DNA from: an uncultured Bifidobacterium sp.
GTDB lineage: Bacteria > Actinomycetota > Actinomycetes > S36-B12 > UBA5976
Reading direction: 5' to 3'
Assembly: GCA_964639395.1 (NCBI GenBank)
Contig: CAZXCT010000004.1
Span: 1-37,626 of the forward strand
DNA: 37,626 nt
Below are positions 10,454-19,281 of this stretch, piece by piece. The notes under the pieces are model-generated. The model ran no database searches and was not told the origin of the DNA. It saw nothing but the letters and a program-made list of their open reading frames with translations. The translations under genes and the position numbers were made by a program. Within the stretch, counting starts at the first letter, position 1; the number at the start of each line of letters is the position of its first letter.

Positions 10454-11341
10454 GTGCGCGCCTTGAGATTTACCAAATTAAGCGATGAGGGCTCCTTTTT
10501 ACACCTAAGGGATTCTGAAGGTATTGAATACCAATTAGAAATTCATGAAGAAATTCGCGATGCAGTTCGCCAATGGCGCGAACGACCAAAACCAAACGAT
10601 CAAGATTTAAATCAAGAACTTTCTGTTGCAGAGATACAGTCACGAATTAGATCTGGTGTCACTTCAGAAGATTTGGCTGCCGCTACTGGCATGGAATTAT
10701 CTCGCATCAGAAAATACGAACAGCCAGTTTTACAAGAGCGATATTTTATTGCAGAGAAAGCACAGACCACAGAAATTCGTCGTGCGCGCGGAAGTGCAAT
10801 GTTTAAAGAAATTGTTTTAGCCCGAGTGGCAGCTGGTGGCGGAAACCCCACAACAATGCGTTGGGATGCCTGGCGGCGAGAAGACGGTCGTTGGAATGTT
10901 GCCTTAGCTTTTATCGGAAAGAAAGGCGAAAACGAAGCCCACTGGATATTTGATTCAGCTGTATCAACCATTGCACCCCTCAATGATGTTGCGCGGTGGT
11001 TGTTAGATACTCCGGAAGAAATTGAAAGTGAGCCAACCCCAGCACCTCGCTTAGTTTCAGTTCCGCAAATATCAAAAGAAGAGTCTGAAATACCACTTTG
11101 GGTGAGCCCACAAGCGCAAGTAGATCCGCGCGAAAAAACTATGCCGCTACCTAAGCCAGATTTAACATCCACCTCAATGTTTGCTCCAACCGCAGAAATT
11201 CCAGTGACACAAGTGAAGCCAGAAGTTATTGAAACTGCAGCTGAAGTAGTTGAAGAAAAACCTGTTATTAAACCTAAACGAGCCTCGGTTCCTAGTTGGG
11301 ACGAGATTTTATTTGGGTCTGGTTCAAAAACAAACGAATAG
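10454..11341 (+). CDS. sepH: septation protein SepH (DUF3071)
   Basis: N-terminal DUF3071 pattern ('LRFTKLSDEGSFLHLRDSEG..YQLEI.EEIRDAV'), a Pro/Glu-rich linker and the conserved tail 'RASVPSWDEILFGS'. The GTG at 10454 sits 6 nt after AAGGAG, so I prefer it over the TTG at 10436. Confidence 0.8.
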   Translation: MRALRFTKLSDEGSFLHLRDSEGIEYQLEIHEEIRDAVRQWRERPKPNDQDLNQELSVAEIQSRIRSGVTSEDLAAATGMELSRIRKYEQPVLQERYFIAEKAQTTEIRRARGSAMFKEIVLARVAAGGGNPTTMRWDAWRREDGRWNVALAFIGKKGENEAHWIFDSAVSTIAPLNDVARWLLDTPEEIESEPTPAPRLVSVPQISKEESEIPLWVSPQAQVDPREKTMPLPKPDLTSTSMFAPTAEIPVTQVKPEVIETAAEVVEEKPVIKPKRASVPSWDEILFGSGSKTNE

Positions 11342-11352
11342 GCTTAAATTAA

Positions 11353-12855
11353 TTGTCCCCAAAGAAAGCATCTGATAGCGCAATTATTGAGCGCATAATT
11401 GATATTGACGTATCAGATGAGATGCGCGGATCTTTCTTGGAATACGCCTATTCAGTGATTTATGCCCGCGCCTTACCGGATGCGCGCGATGGATTAAAAC
11501 CAGTACAGCGTCGAATCTTGTTTCAAATGAATGAAATGGGTTTACGACCAGATAAAGGGCATGTTAAAAGTGCGCGCGTTGTTGGTGAGGTCATGGGTAA
11601 ATTACATCCCCACGGCGACAGCGCGATCTATGACGCGTTGGTAAGAATGGCGCAGCCGTTTTCACTTAGATTGCCGCTTATTGACGGGCAAGGAAACTTT
11701 GGGTCTTTAGATGATGGCCCAGCCGCAATGCGCTACACCGAATGTCGCTTGACTGCCGCTGCCCTCAGTATGACGCAATCGTTAGATGAAGATGTTATCG
11801 ATTTTCGTGCCAATTACGATGGCCGCGAAGTAGAGCCAAGCGTTTTACCAGCAGCGTTTCCTAATCTTTTAGTCAACGGCGCAAGTGGAATTGCCGTTGG
11901 TATGGCAACAAATATGCCCCCACATAATTTAGGTGAAGTTATTAGCGCGCTTCGCTATTACATAGAAAATCCAAAAGCGACGCTTGACGATCTGATAAAA
12001 CATATTCCTGGCCCAGACTTGCCAAGCGGTGGCGAGATTCTTGATTTAGCGAACATCCGTGAGGCGTATTTAAGTGGTCGTGGAACATTTAAGATGCGGG
12101 CAAAAGCCACAATTGAATCTGTCTCGCCAAGAAAAAAGGGAATCGTAATTACAGAGTTACCTTTTAACGTTGGCGCTGAGAGAATTATTGATCGAATAAA
12201 GTCTTTAGTCGAGTCGAAAAAACTCAAGGGAATTTCACGCGTAATTGATCTAACTGATGGTGAAAAGGGTTTGCAGTTAGTAATCGAGGTTAAGTCAAGC
12301 CATGAACCAGAAGAATTATTAGCAGACCTTTACAAATTAACGCCGATGGAAGAATCTTTTTCAATAAATTCGGTTGCGCTGGTAGAGGGTAGGCCAAGAA
12401 CGTTAGGCCTGGCAGAGCTTTTACAAGTTTATTTAAAACACCGCTTGGCTGTTGTCACCCGTCGTAGCGAATACAGACTTAAGAAAGCTAAAGATCGACT
12501 TCATTTAATCGAAGGGTTATTGCTAGCAATAATTGATATAGACAAAATAATTAAAATAATTCGATCAAGTGAAGACACCGCGGTAGCAAAAGAAAAATTG
12601 ATGAAGACCTTCAAACTAAGCGAATTGCAAGCAAACTACATTCTAGAAATGCCTTTAAGGCGGCTTACTAAAACTTCAAAAATAGAGCTAGAGACAGAGC
12701 AGAACGAACTAAGTGAAACAGTCTCACACTTACAATCTATCTTGGCAAGTGATAAAAAATTGAAGAAGATTGTTTCAGATGAACTTGCCGAAATATCTGA
12801 AAAGTTTGCAACCGCCCGGCGAACTACTTTAATTGCTGATGAACCACTCGCCTAA
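11353..12855 (+). CDS. type IIA topoisomerase A subunit (ParC/GyrA-like), N-terminal breakage-reunion domain only (500 aa)
   Basis: '[11 protein letters not shown]', '[17 protein letters not shown]', catalytic Tyr in '[10 protein letters not shown]', then tower and coiled-coil regions. It ends '[13 protein letters not shown]', right where the beta-pinwheel CTD normally begins. Confidence 0.85.
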   Translation: MSPKKASDSAIIERIIDIDVSDEMRGSFLEYAYSVIYARALPDARDGLKPVQRRILFQMNEMGLRPDKGHVKSARVVGEVMGKLHPHGDSAIYDALVRMAQPFSLRLPLIDGQGNFGSLDDGPAAMRYTECRLTAAALSMTQSLDEDVIDFRANYDGREVEPSVLPAAFPNLLVNGASGIAVGMATNMPPHNLGEVISALRYYIENPKATLDDLIKHIPGPDLPSGGEILDLANIREAYLSGRGTFKMRAKATIESVSPRKKGIVITELPFNVGAERIIDRIKSLVESKKLKGISRVIDLTDGEKGLQLVIEVKSSHEPEELLADLYKLTPMEESFSINSVALVEGRPRTLGLAELLQVYLKHRLAVVTRRSEYRLKKAKDRLHLIEGLLLAIIDIDKIIKIIRSSEDTAVAKEKLMKTFKLSELQANYILEMPLRRLTKTSKIELETEQNELSETVSHLQSILASDKKLKKIVSDELAEISEKFATARRTTLIADEPLA

Positions 12856-13339
12856 ATTTCGTGCCAAAGTAATTACTGTCTCAACCAGAGCTGCTGCGGG
12901 CACCTACTCAGATCTTTCTGGTCCGCTAATTGTAAAGGCGCTTACAGAATTAGGGATTAAATGTGACCAACCGCTAGTTATGGCTGATGGTCCACTAATT
13001 GAAAGTGAATTACGTAACGCAGTGGATGAAAATTTTGATTTAATAATTACTACTGGTGGCACCGGCCACTCCCCCACTGATGTAACCCCACAAATGACTA
13101 AAAAAGTAATTGACCGAGAATCACCTGGAATCTGTGAAGCAATCCGAGCCTTTGGCCTTGCAAAGCAAGTTTTTACCAGCGCCTTATCAAGGGCGATTGC
13201 CGGAGTTAGCGGCAATTCACTCATAATCAACTTGCCTGGCTCGCCAGCTGGAGTGAAGGACGCGCTAATCGTTTTAGACGGATTTTTACTTCATGCACTC
13301 GAGCAATTAAGCGGCGAAGATCACCGGCCTGCCTCATAA
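12839..13339 (+). CDS. MogA/MoaB-family molybdopterin adenylyltransferase-like protein
   Basis: 'ITTGGTG', 'LPGSPAGV', about 165 aa. The ATG at 12839 overlaps the last codons of the upstream topoisomerase gene. Confidence 0.8.
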   Translation: MNHSPKFRAKVITVSTRAAAGTYSDLSGPLIVKALTELGIKCDQPLVMADGPLIESELRNAVDENFDLIITTGGTGHSPTDVTPQMTKKVIDRESPGICEAIRAFGLAKQVFTSALSRAIAGVSGNSLIINLPGSPAGVKDALIVLDGFLLHALEQLSGEDHRPAS

Positions 13340-13389
13340 CTAGTTAGCAAATAGTACGGGATAATTATCTCATAGCCTGAGGGGTCTAA

Positions 13390-14211
13390 ATGTCTAAATT
13401 TAAATTACTTACACTTTCATTTTTGGTTTCATTTTTTCTAATTAGTTGTTCTGGTTCGGGAACAGACGAGTTTAGTTCAGTTGCACCGGATATGGCAGTT
13501 TCAGAATCGCTTGCTATCGGCAAAACAGATATTGGCATATCAGATCGTCAAGTAATTGAATCTGGCTCGCTCACCCTAAGAGTTGATGAAATTGAAGAAA
13601 GTGTCGTTGAGGTAATCGCGGTTATTGAAAATTTTGATGGACGAATAGATGATCAATCTCAATACACCGACCCAACGCAGCAAAAAGTGACCAGCGCCTA
13701 TCTATTAGTACGGGTACCGGCAAATAATTATGACAGCTTTCTAGATGAAGTAAGCAAATTAGGAAACGTTGAAGCACTTAACACTTCGCGCACTGATGTC
13801 ACAATGCAATCCTCTGATTTAGAGGCGCGTATTGATTCTCTAGAAAATTCAGTAAATCGCCTAGCAGAATTAGTCGAGCAAGCAACCAATGTCTCAGACT
13901 TAATAGCAGCCGAAAGTGCCTTAGCGGAACGACAAGCCGAATTAAATGGACTGATCGCTCAACAAAAGTACCTTGCAGACCAGGTAGACATGGCGTCTAT
14001 CTATATAAACTTATTGCGAAAAGATGCGCTTGATGCCGTTCAGCCAATCGGCTTTTGGGCAGGGCTACAAAAAGGCTTTCAGAGTGTGCTGAGCACCTTG
14101 GGCAATAGCACCACATTTCTAGGCTTAGCGCTGCCTTGGGTGTCACTTGTTTTGGCACTTCTTGTTTTTGTCCGCTTGCTTCGATTCGCTATCAAAAAGT
14201 TCAAAAATTAA
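13390..14211 (+). CDS. DUF4349-type lipoprotein
   Basis: Signal peptide with lipobox 'LISC', a central coiled-coil ('LEARIDSLENSVNRLAELVEQ') and a C-terminal TM anchor. This is the DUF4349 layout. Confidence 0.7.
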   Translation: MSKFKLLTLSFLVSFFLISCSGSGTDEFSSVAPDMAVSESLAIGKTDIGISDRQVIESGSLTLRVDEIEESVVEVIAVIENFDGRIDDQSQYTDPTQQKVTSAYLLVRVPANNYDSFLDEVSKLGNVEALNTSRTDVTMQSSDLEARIDSLENSVNRLAELVEQATNVSDLIAAESALAERQAELNGLIAQQKYLADQVDMASIYINLLRKDALDAVQPIGFWAGLQKGFQSVLSTLGNSTTFLGLALPWVSLVLALLVFVRLLRFAIKKFKN

Positions 14212-14226
14212 GTAAAAAATCCACCT

Positions 14227-14244
14227 GCCGCTCGCCCCAGCGGC
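14227..14244 (+). terminator. weak hairpin GCCGCT-cgcccc-AGCGGC downstream of the DUF4349 gene
   Basis: 6-bp stem read directly. No T-tract follows, so this is only a tentative terminator. Confidence 0.2.
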
Positions 14245-14303
14245 TGGGTAGGTACTAAGTTAAGTCGAAACCGGTAGGACACTTACCTGAACAGGAGTTT
14301 GCC

Positions 14304-15365
14304 GTGACTGAAGTACGTTTCGAAAATGCAACGCGCATTTATGACAAGACCCACGCCCCCGCAGTAGACAAGTTAAATATGACTGTCAACTCAGGGGAAT
14401 TTTTAGTGCTAGTGGGGCCATCTGGTTGTGGAAAATCAACCACACTTCGCATGTTGGCAGGACTAGAGCCAACAAATGCTGGTGCTATTCATATTGGTGG
14501 GCAAGATGTAACCGATGTTGCACCTAAAGATAGGGACGTAGCAATGGTGTTTCAAAACTATGCGCTATATCCACACATGACAGTTGGCGAAAACATGGCT
14601 TTCGCGCTAACTATTCAAAAAATGAATAAAAGCGAAATTCAAACCCGTGTAAATGAAGCTGCTCGACTATTAGATCTTGAACAATATCTAGATAGAAAGC
14701 CAAAGGCGCTCTCTGGCGGTCAACGTCAGCGTGTAGCAATGGGTCGTGCAATCGTACGTAACCCACAGGTTTTCTTGATGGACGAACCACTCTCAAACCT
14801 GGATGCAAAACTGCGTGTACAAACTCGTACACAAATCGCAGCACTACAAAAAAGGTTAGCTACAACAACCGTATATGTAACTCACGATCAAGTTGAAGCA
14901 ATGACCATGGGTGACCGCGTAGCAGTTCTAAAAGATGGTCTACTGCAACAAGTGGACACTCCTCGTGCACTCTATGAAACTCCAAAGAATGCATTTGTGG
15001 CCGGCTTTATCGGCTCTCCTGCAATGAATCTATTCACACAAGATTTATCTGAATCTGGAACAAAGTTAGGTGACTTTGATGTACAGGTTTCAAGAGAAGC
15101 CCGAAATGCAACCAATAATCAAATCATTGTTGGTGTGCGTCCCGAAGAATTCGAAATTGGCGATGGAGGAGTTCCGTTCACCGTTAGCTTAATTGAAGAA
15201 TTAGGTGCTGATGCCTTCATTTACGGAAAGATCGATGGCTCAGATACTGACATCGTGACTCGAGTAAAAGGAAACGATCGCTACCGCCCCGGAACCCAGT
15301 TAAGAGCAAAGCCTTCAAAAGTGCATTTGTTCTCTGCCACCGGAGATCAAGTAGCACTCGGTTAA
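14304..15365 (+). CDS. sugar ABC transporter ATP-binding protein (MsiK/UgpC/MalK type)
   Basis: Walker [34 protein letters not shown], and a C-terminal MalK-like regulatory domain. No permease or binding-protein gene is adjacent. Confidence 0.9.
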   Translation: MTEVRFENATRIYDKTHAPAVDKLNMTVNSGEFLVLVGPSGCGKSTTLRMLAGLEPTNAGAIHIGGQDVTDVAPKDRDVAMVFQNYALYPHMTVGENMAFALTIQKMNKSEIQTRVNEAARLLDLEQYLDRKPKALSGGQRQRVAMGRAIVRNPQVFLMDEPLSNLDAKLRVQTRTQIAALQKRLATTTVYVTHDQVEAMTMGDRVAVLKDGLLQQVDTPRALYETPKNAFVAGFIGSPAMNLFTQDLSESGTKLGDFDVQVSREARNATNNQIIVGVRPEEFEIGDGGVPFTVSLIEELGADAFIYGKIDGSDTDIVTRVKGNDRYRPGTQLRAKPSKVHLFSATGDQVALG

Positions 15366-15380
15366 TTCCACCAATTCAAA

Positions 15381-16322
15381 GTGCAGAACGCTTGTTTAGT
15401 AATTGGTGAAGCATTAGTCGATGACGTAATTGAACTAAACGGACGGCAAGAGCGAATATTTGGCGGTAGTCCCGCTAATACCGCCCTTGCCGTTTCTCGT
15501 TTAGGTCTAAAGAGTTATTTCAAGGCCAGAATTTCAAAGGATTCTACTGGCCAACAAATTAAAGATTACTTAACCAAAGCGGCAGTCGACCTCTCTACCG
15601 CGATTGAAACAGATGATAAAGCTCTAGTAATTAAGGCATTAATCCAAGCGGATGGCTCGGCGCAATACTCTGCAGACCTCTCAGGCTGCGCGGATTTTGG
15701 TTGGCAAGAATACGAACTCTCGCTCGAGATCCCATCTGAAGTAGCGGTGGTGCATTTAGGTTCACTCACTGCTGCCACTATGCCCGGGGCGGCGGCAGTA
15801 GAGCAGTGGATAAAAGAAATAAAATTAAAACAATTAGCTGCGATAAGTTTTGATCCAAATATTCGCCCTAACCTTGTGCAGGATGCGCCGCGCTTGCGGC
15901 AAAGAATTGAATCAATCGCTTCGCTAAGTGATGTGGTCAAAGTCAGCCATGAAGATCTCTACTGGTTTAATCCTGATAAATCTCCAGAAGATATTGCAAT
16001 GCACTGGCTGGATTTGGGTGCAAAACTAGTAATAATTACCCAAGCAGAAAATGGCGCAATGTTAGTTAGTCCAAATTCAGCTCCCACGCATTATTCTGCG
16101 CTTTCAGTAAACCTAATCGACACAATTGGAGCCGGCGATACATTTGCGGCAGCTTTATTGACCCAACTAATCGAGGCAAAGTTAATTTCTAAAGTGGGAA
16201 TAGTTTCAGATATACCAATCTCTACCTGGGAGCAAATAATTAATAATTCACTTTCCGCTTCAGCCATAACTTGTTCGCGAAAGGGCGCCAACCCTCCATA
16301 TCGCAGCGAGCTTGACTGGTAA
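15381..16322 (+). CDS. PfkB-family carbohydrate kinase (fructokinase-like)
   Basis: 'GGSPANTA', 'DPNIRP' and 'GAGDTF' motifs; 313 aa. Confidence 0.85.
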   Translation: MQNACLVIGEALVDDVIELNGRQERIFGGSPANTALAVSRLGLKSYFKARISKDSTGQQIKDYLTKAAVDLSTAIETDDKALVIKALIQADGSAQYSADLSGCADFGWQEYELSLEIPSEVAVVHLGSLTAATMPGAAAVEQWIKEIKLKQLAAISFDPNIRPNLVQDAPRLRQRIESIASLSDVVKVSHEDLYWFNPDKSPEDIAMHWLDLGAKLVIITQAENGAMLVSPNSAPTHYSALSVNLIDTIGAGDTFAAALLTQLIEAKLISKVGIVSDIPISTWEQIINNSLSASAITCSRKGANPPYRSELDW

Positions 16323-16372
16323 TTGGTAGTTGATTTACCGGGAGTCGACTAAGATATCCCCAAGGAGAAAAA

Positions 16373-16960
16373 ATGGTGAGTTTAGTTATGTCGTCAGTAA
16401 TAGTTGATCGCTGGTTTACTAAGTCAAAAACCGCAGCAGTGGTTGAGGTAGCCGCATTGGTTTCGTTAACCTCGCTAGCTGCGCAAGTAGCAATATATTT
16501 ACCCTTTACTCCTGTCCCACTAACACTTCAAACTTTTGTAATTTTGCTCGGTGCCGCTGCAGTAGGTGCGCAGCGCGCAGCAATCGCCCAGAGTGCTTAT
16601 TTAGCCTTGGCGATAGCGGGACTTCCGATTATGGCGGATGGCAAAGGTGGGCTCGAGGCAGTATATGGCGCTACTAGTGGTTACTTAGTTGGATTTATCT
16701 TTGCATCAATTGCAGTTGGATATTTGGCTAAGAATTTATCAACGAATAAATTTTTAAATGTATTTTTTGGTTATGTAGTCGGATCAATCACTATTTATAT
16801 TTTTGGTGTGATTGGGTTAATTATCTACGCAGAGATTTCTCTAATTTCAGCCTTAATGGTGGGGGTTGTTCCGTTTATTATTGGTGACATCGTCAAAGCA
16901 ATAGCAGCTGGAGTTCTGTTACCAAGTGCGTGGAAGTTAACCGACAAAAATCGAAAATAA
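16373..16960 (+). CDS. bioY: biotin transporter BioY
   Basis: 'PVPLTLQTFVILLGAA', 'YLVGFIFA', about 5-6 TM segments, AAGGAG upstream. No bioM or bioN is adjacent. Confidence 0.85.
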   Translation: MVSLVMSSVIVDRWFTKSKTAAVVEVAALVSLTSLAAQVAIYLPFTPVPLTLQTFVILLGAAAVGAQRAAIAQSAYLALAIAGLPIMADGKGGLEAVYGATSGYLVGFIFASIAVGYLAKNLSTNKFLNVFFGYVVGSITIYIFGVIGLIIYAEISLISALMVGVVPFIIGDIVKAIAAGVLLPSAWKLTDKNRK

Positions 16961-16993
16961 TCAAATTTTTATAGTTCTCACGCTAAGGGAATT

Positions 16994-17482
16994 TTGTCCA
17001 AGAAAATAACATCTTCGCTTGTACTTGAAGCGTCCCCCGCACAAGTTATTGAAGTGCTACAGAGTGAGGCCTTTAATTTGGCCAAAGCTGAAAATATCGG
17101 TGCAGTCGAAAGTAATTTCACAATAGAGCAGAACGCTGAAAGTACCACCACAGAGCTATACCGAGCACTAACGCCAGAACTTCCAGAAATCGTAGAATCA
17201 TTAGTTGGTAAAAAAGTAGAAGTTTATGAAAAACTAACCTGGCAAGCTGGCGGTTATGCGGCAACTATTGAGATTAACATTATAAAAGCGCCAATAGAAA
17301 TCACCGGCACACTAAAGATAGCCGCCACCAATCCTGGCACTCAACTTCAAATTGAGTTAGAAATTACCTCAAACATTCCATTTATTGGACAGCGGGTTGA
17401 GCAATTTGCCGAGCAAATGTGGGCTGATATTTCAAAGAAAGAGTTTGATCTGCTTTATGACAAACTCAAGCCACAGATCTAA
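16994..17482 (+). CDS. DUF2505/SRPBCC-fold-like protein
   Basis: 162 aa soluble protein whose sequence pattern resembles actinobacterial DUF2505. TTG start after AAGGGA. The assignment is tentative. Confidence 0.5.
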   Translation: MSKKITSSLVLEASPAQVIEVLQSEAFNLAKAENIGAVESNFTIEQNAESTTTELYRALTPELPEIVESLVGKKVEVYEKLTWQAGGYAATIEINIIKAPIEITGTLKIAATNPGTQLQIELEITSNIPFIGQRVEQFAEQMWADISKKEFDLLYDKLKPQI

Positions 17483-18695
17483 TTTCTTTTTTGTATTGTT
17501 TCATTTCAACCCTTTGAGGTTTTAACTGATTAATTAAAGAAGATAATTCACTCGAATTATTAATTAAGGAGTAACCGCTGGTGCCACTTAACCATGATTT
17601 AGCATACTCACCTGGATACGCCAAATGAAACCAAATTTGATTAACTGGAACAAATCTTTGTAAAACATTTTTAATTAATTCATGTCCATTGATATTAAAA
17701 GAATAATCATTTACCTGGTTGACAATTACAGATGTTTTACTCAATAGATTGTCTGATTCATTTTGTAATACTTCCGCTGCTCGAATTACCCCGAGCGGGC
17801 TTGCTTTTACGACAAAAATTACTTTTTCTGAAAAATCAAGTATTGTTCTAACGTGACTAAATCTTGAATTTGAATCAAACTCAGGATAGGTTCCTTCACG
17901 AGTATCAGGCAAAATTGAATTTAAATCGACCACCTGATTTGAAAAAATTTCACTATTGTATTCAAGAAGTTTTTGAAGCCCACTAGGTCTAATTTCAATC
18001 CATCGATCCGGGTTCAATATCCCAGTTAAGACACTTAGATCGATCTTAGATTTCTTTACACAATCAAACAAACTTTCTCTACTTAACTTTCCTGATTGTG
18101 CTAAATGTATTGCGGCACTAACACCTGAAATGTCCTCTGCTAGCCCCAAGGCAGATGCGATAGATGGATTAGTGACATCTGCGTCAATCAATAAACAAGA
18201 GCTACTAACTAGTTGTAAGGCGCTCGCGATGTCGATAGCTAAGGTGGTTCGACCAGGTGCGCCAGATGTTCCCCAGACAGAAATTAAACCTGGGATAACT
18301 GCACCGGATGAATTCTCTTCGGGTATTCCTAGCTTTTGATTCAGACAGAACATCAGATTCGTAAAGAAGTTACTTGGATTAACCTCATTGAATCCCAAAA
18401 CGTGTTTGATTCCTAATTCACTCAATCGATCAGCTTTTAAATAATCACCATCTTTAAATACGCCGATTAAAAGGCAACTTTTGCGCTCTATCTCAGTCAC
18501 GACTTCTAAATCTAAGTTATTAACTTCAGAAGAAATGATTGCTAACTTAAAATCTTTCACCTGCAGCATTGTTAAGACTTCAGCAAGATCTACACAACGA
18601 CGTCCAATCTTAAATGAACTATTTGTACTTACTTCACGCCCTAAAGCCAGTTCCCATTCAGAGTCGGTGATCGCTAAAAGAAGTTCAGTTTTCAT
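17466..18695 (-). CDS. TadZ/CpaE-like protein: receiver-like N-domain plus MinD/ParA-type ATPase domain with atypical P-loop
   Basis: The N-terminal ~120 aa have an alternating beta/alpha pattern. The P-loop is 'VWGTSGAPGRTTLAIDIA', followed by 'LLIDADV' (Walker A'/switch) and 'VIFVVKASPLGV'. The ATG overlaps the upstream stop (ATGAAAACTGA). Confidence 0.7.
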   Translation of the reverse strand: MKTELLLAITDSEWELALGREVSTNSSFKIGRRCVDLAEVLTMLQVKDFKLAIISSEVNNLDLEVVTEIERKSCLLIGVFKDGDYLKADRLSELGIKHVLGFNEVNPSNFFTNLMFCLNQKLGIPEENSSGAVIPGLISVWGTSGAPGRTTLAIDIASALQLVSSSCLLIDADVTNPSIASALGLAEDISGVSAAIHLAQSGKLSRESLFDCVKKSKIDLSVLTGILNPDRWIEIRPSGLQKLLEYNSEIFSNQVVDLNSILPDTREGTYPEFDSNSRFSHVRTILDFSEKVIFVVKASPLGVIRAAEVLQNESDNLLSKTSVIVNQVNDYSFNINGHELIKNVLQRFVPVNQIWFHLAYPGEYAKSWLSGTSGYSLINNSSELSSLINQLKPQRVEMKQYKKEIRSVA

Positions 18696-19281
18696 GTTTC
18701 ACTACGTCTATTGATTGGGTGCCTATGGCTGAAATAAGTAAACCTACTTGGCTCGGCGGTATCGTTACAACCAAAGTAATCGTTCCGGTGTATCCAGTGC
18801 CATCTTGAATCACTTGCGCAATATTAATTTTTGTTAATAGATTTTGAGCTATTTTTGATTCTGGATCGGTCCACCAAATATCAATTTTGTCATTTACTGA
18901 TAACTCAGGGGGCACCCGCCCCATGGCCAATTTCATAGCCACACTTCGCAAATTCTGAACACCTCCAATTGCTGAAAGCGGCACTAACTCTCCATTTGAA
19001 ATATTTTTTAATACGGAATTTCCAATTATTTGATTTTTATCTGTAAAGTAATTATTTTCAACTTCAGCCAAATCTACCAAGATAATTCTCAAATCATCCT
19101 CGCCAATTACAGCACCACTTGGCAAACTTCGGGTGGCTACTACCACATAATTTCTTGCACTAGCTTCTTTTACTTTGTAAAACATCATTGCAGCACTTAG
19201 CAAAATTAGAGTTACTCCAGCGATGAACAGTATTTTTCGGTTGTCAGGCTTCAGCGCAAATGGCTTTTTAAGATTAATCAT
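18685..19281 (-). CDS. SAF-domain membrane-anchored protein (CpaB/RcpC-like)
   Basis: N-terminal TM helix ('ILFIAGVTLILLSAAMMFY'), then a SAF-like segment 'VVVATRSLPSGAVIGEDDLRIILVDL'. The ATG at 19281 overlaps the upstream stop (ATGATTAA). An alternative TTG start is at 19299. Confidence 0.65.
   Translation of the reverse strand: MINLKKPFALKPDNRKILFIAGVTLILLSAAMMFYKVKEASARNYVVVATRSLPSGAVIGEDDLRIILVDLAEVENNYFTDKNQIIGNSVLKNISNGELVPLSAIGGVQNLRSVAMKLAMGRVPPELSVNDKIDIWWTDPESKIAQNLLTKINIAQVIQDGTGYTGTITLVVTIPPSQVGLLISAIGTQSIDVVKHEN

Noticed and set aside
12833-12855. Explaining the truncated ParC-like gene as a recent frameshift or nonsense pseudogene.
   Set aside because: No CTD-coding remnant follows the stop. 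A clearly intact MogA/MoaB-type gene starts at 12839 and fills the downstream sequence, and the N-terminal domain shows no disruptions. The gene is therefore annotated as an intact CTD-less CDS, pending a check of the assembly.
13362-13371. The short palindrome GATAATTATC between the mogA-like gene and the DUF4349 gene, and similar 4-6-bp stems in the gaps at 16323-16372 and 25038-25096.
   Set aside because: Stems of 10 bp or less in AT-rich spacers are expected by chance. None is followed by a T-tract or positioned convincingly relative to a promoter.
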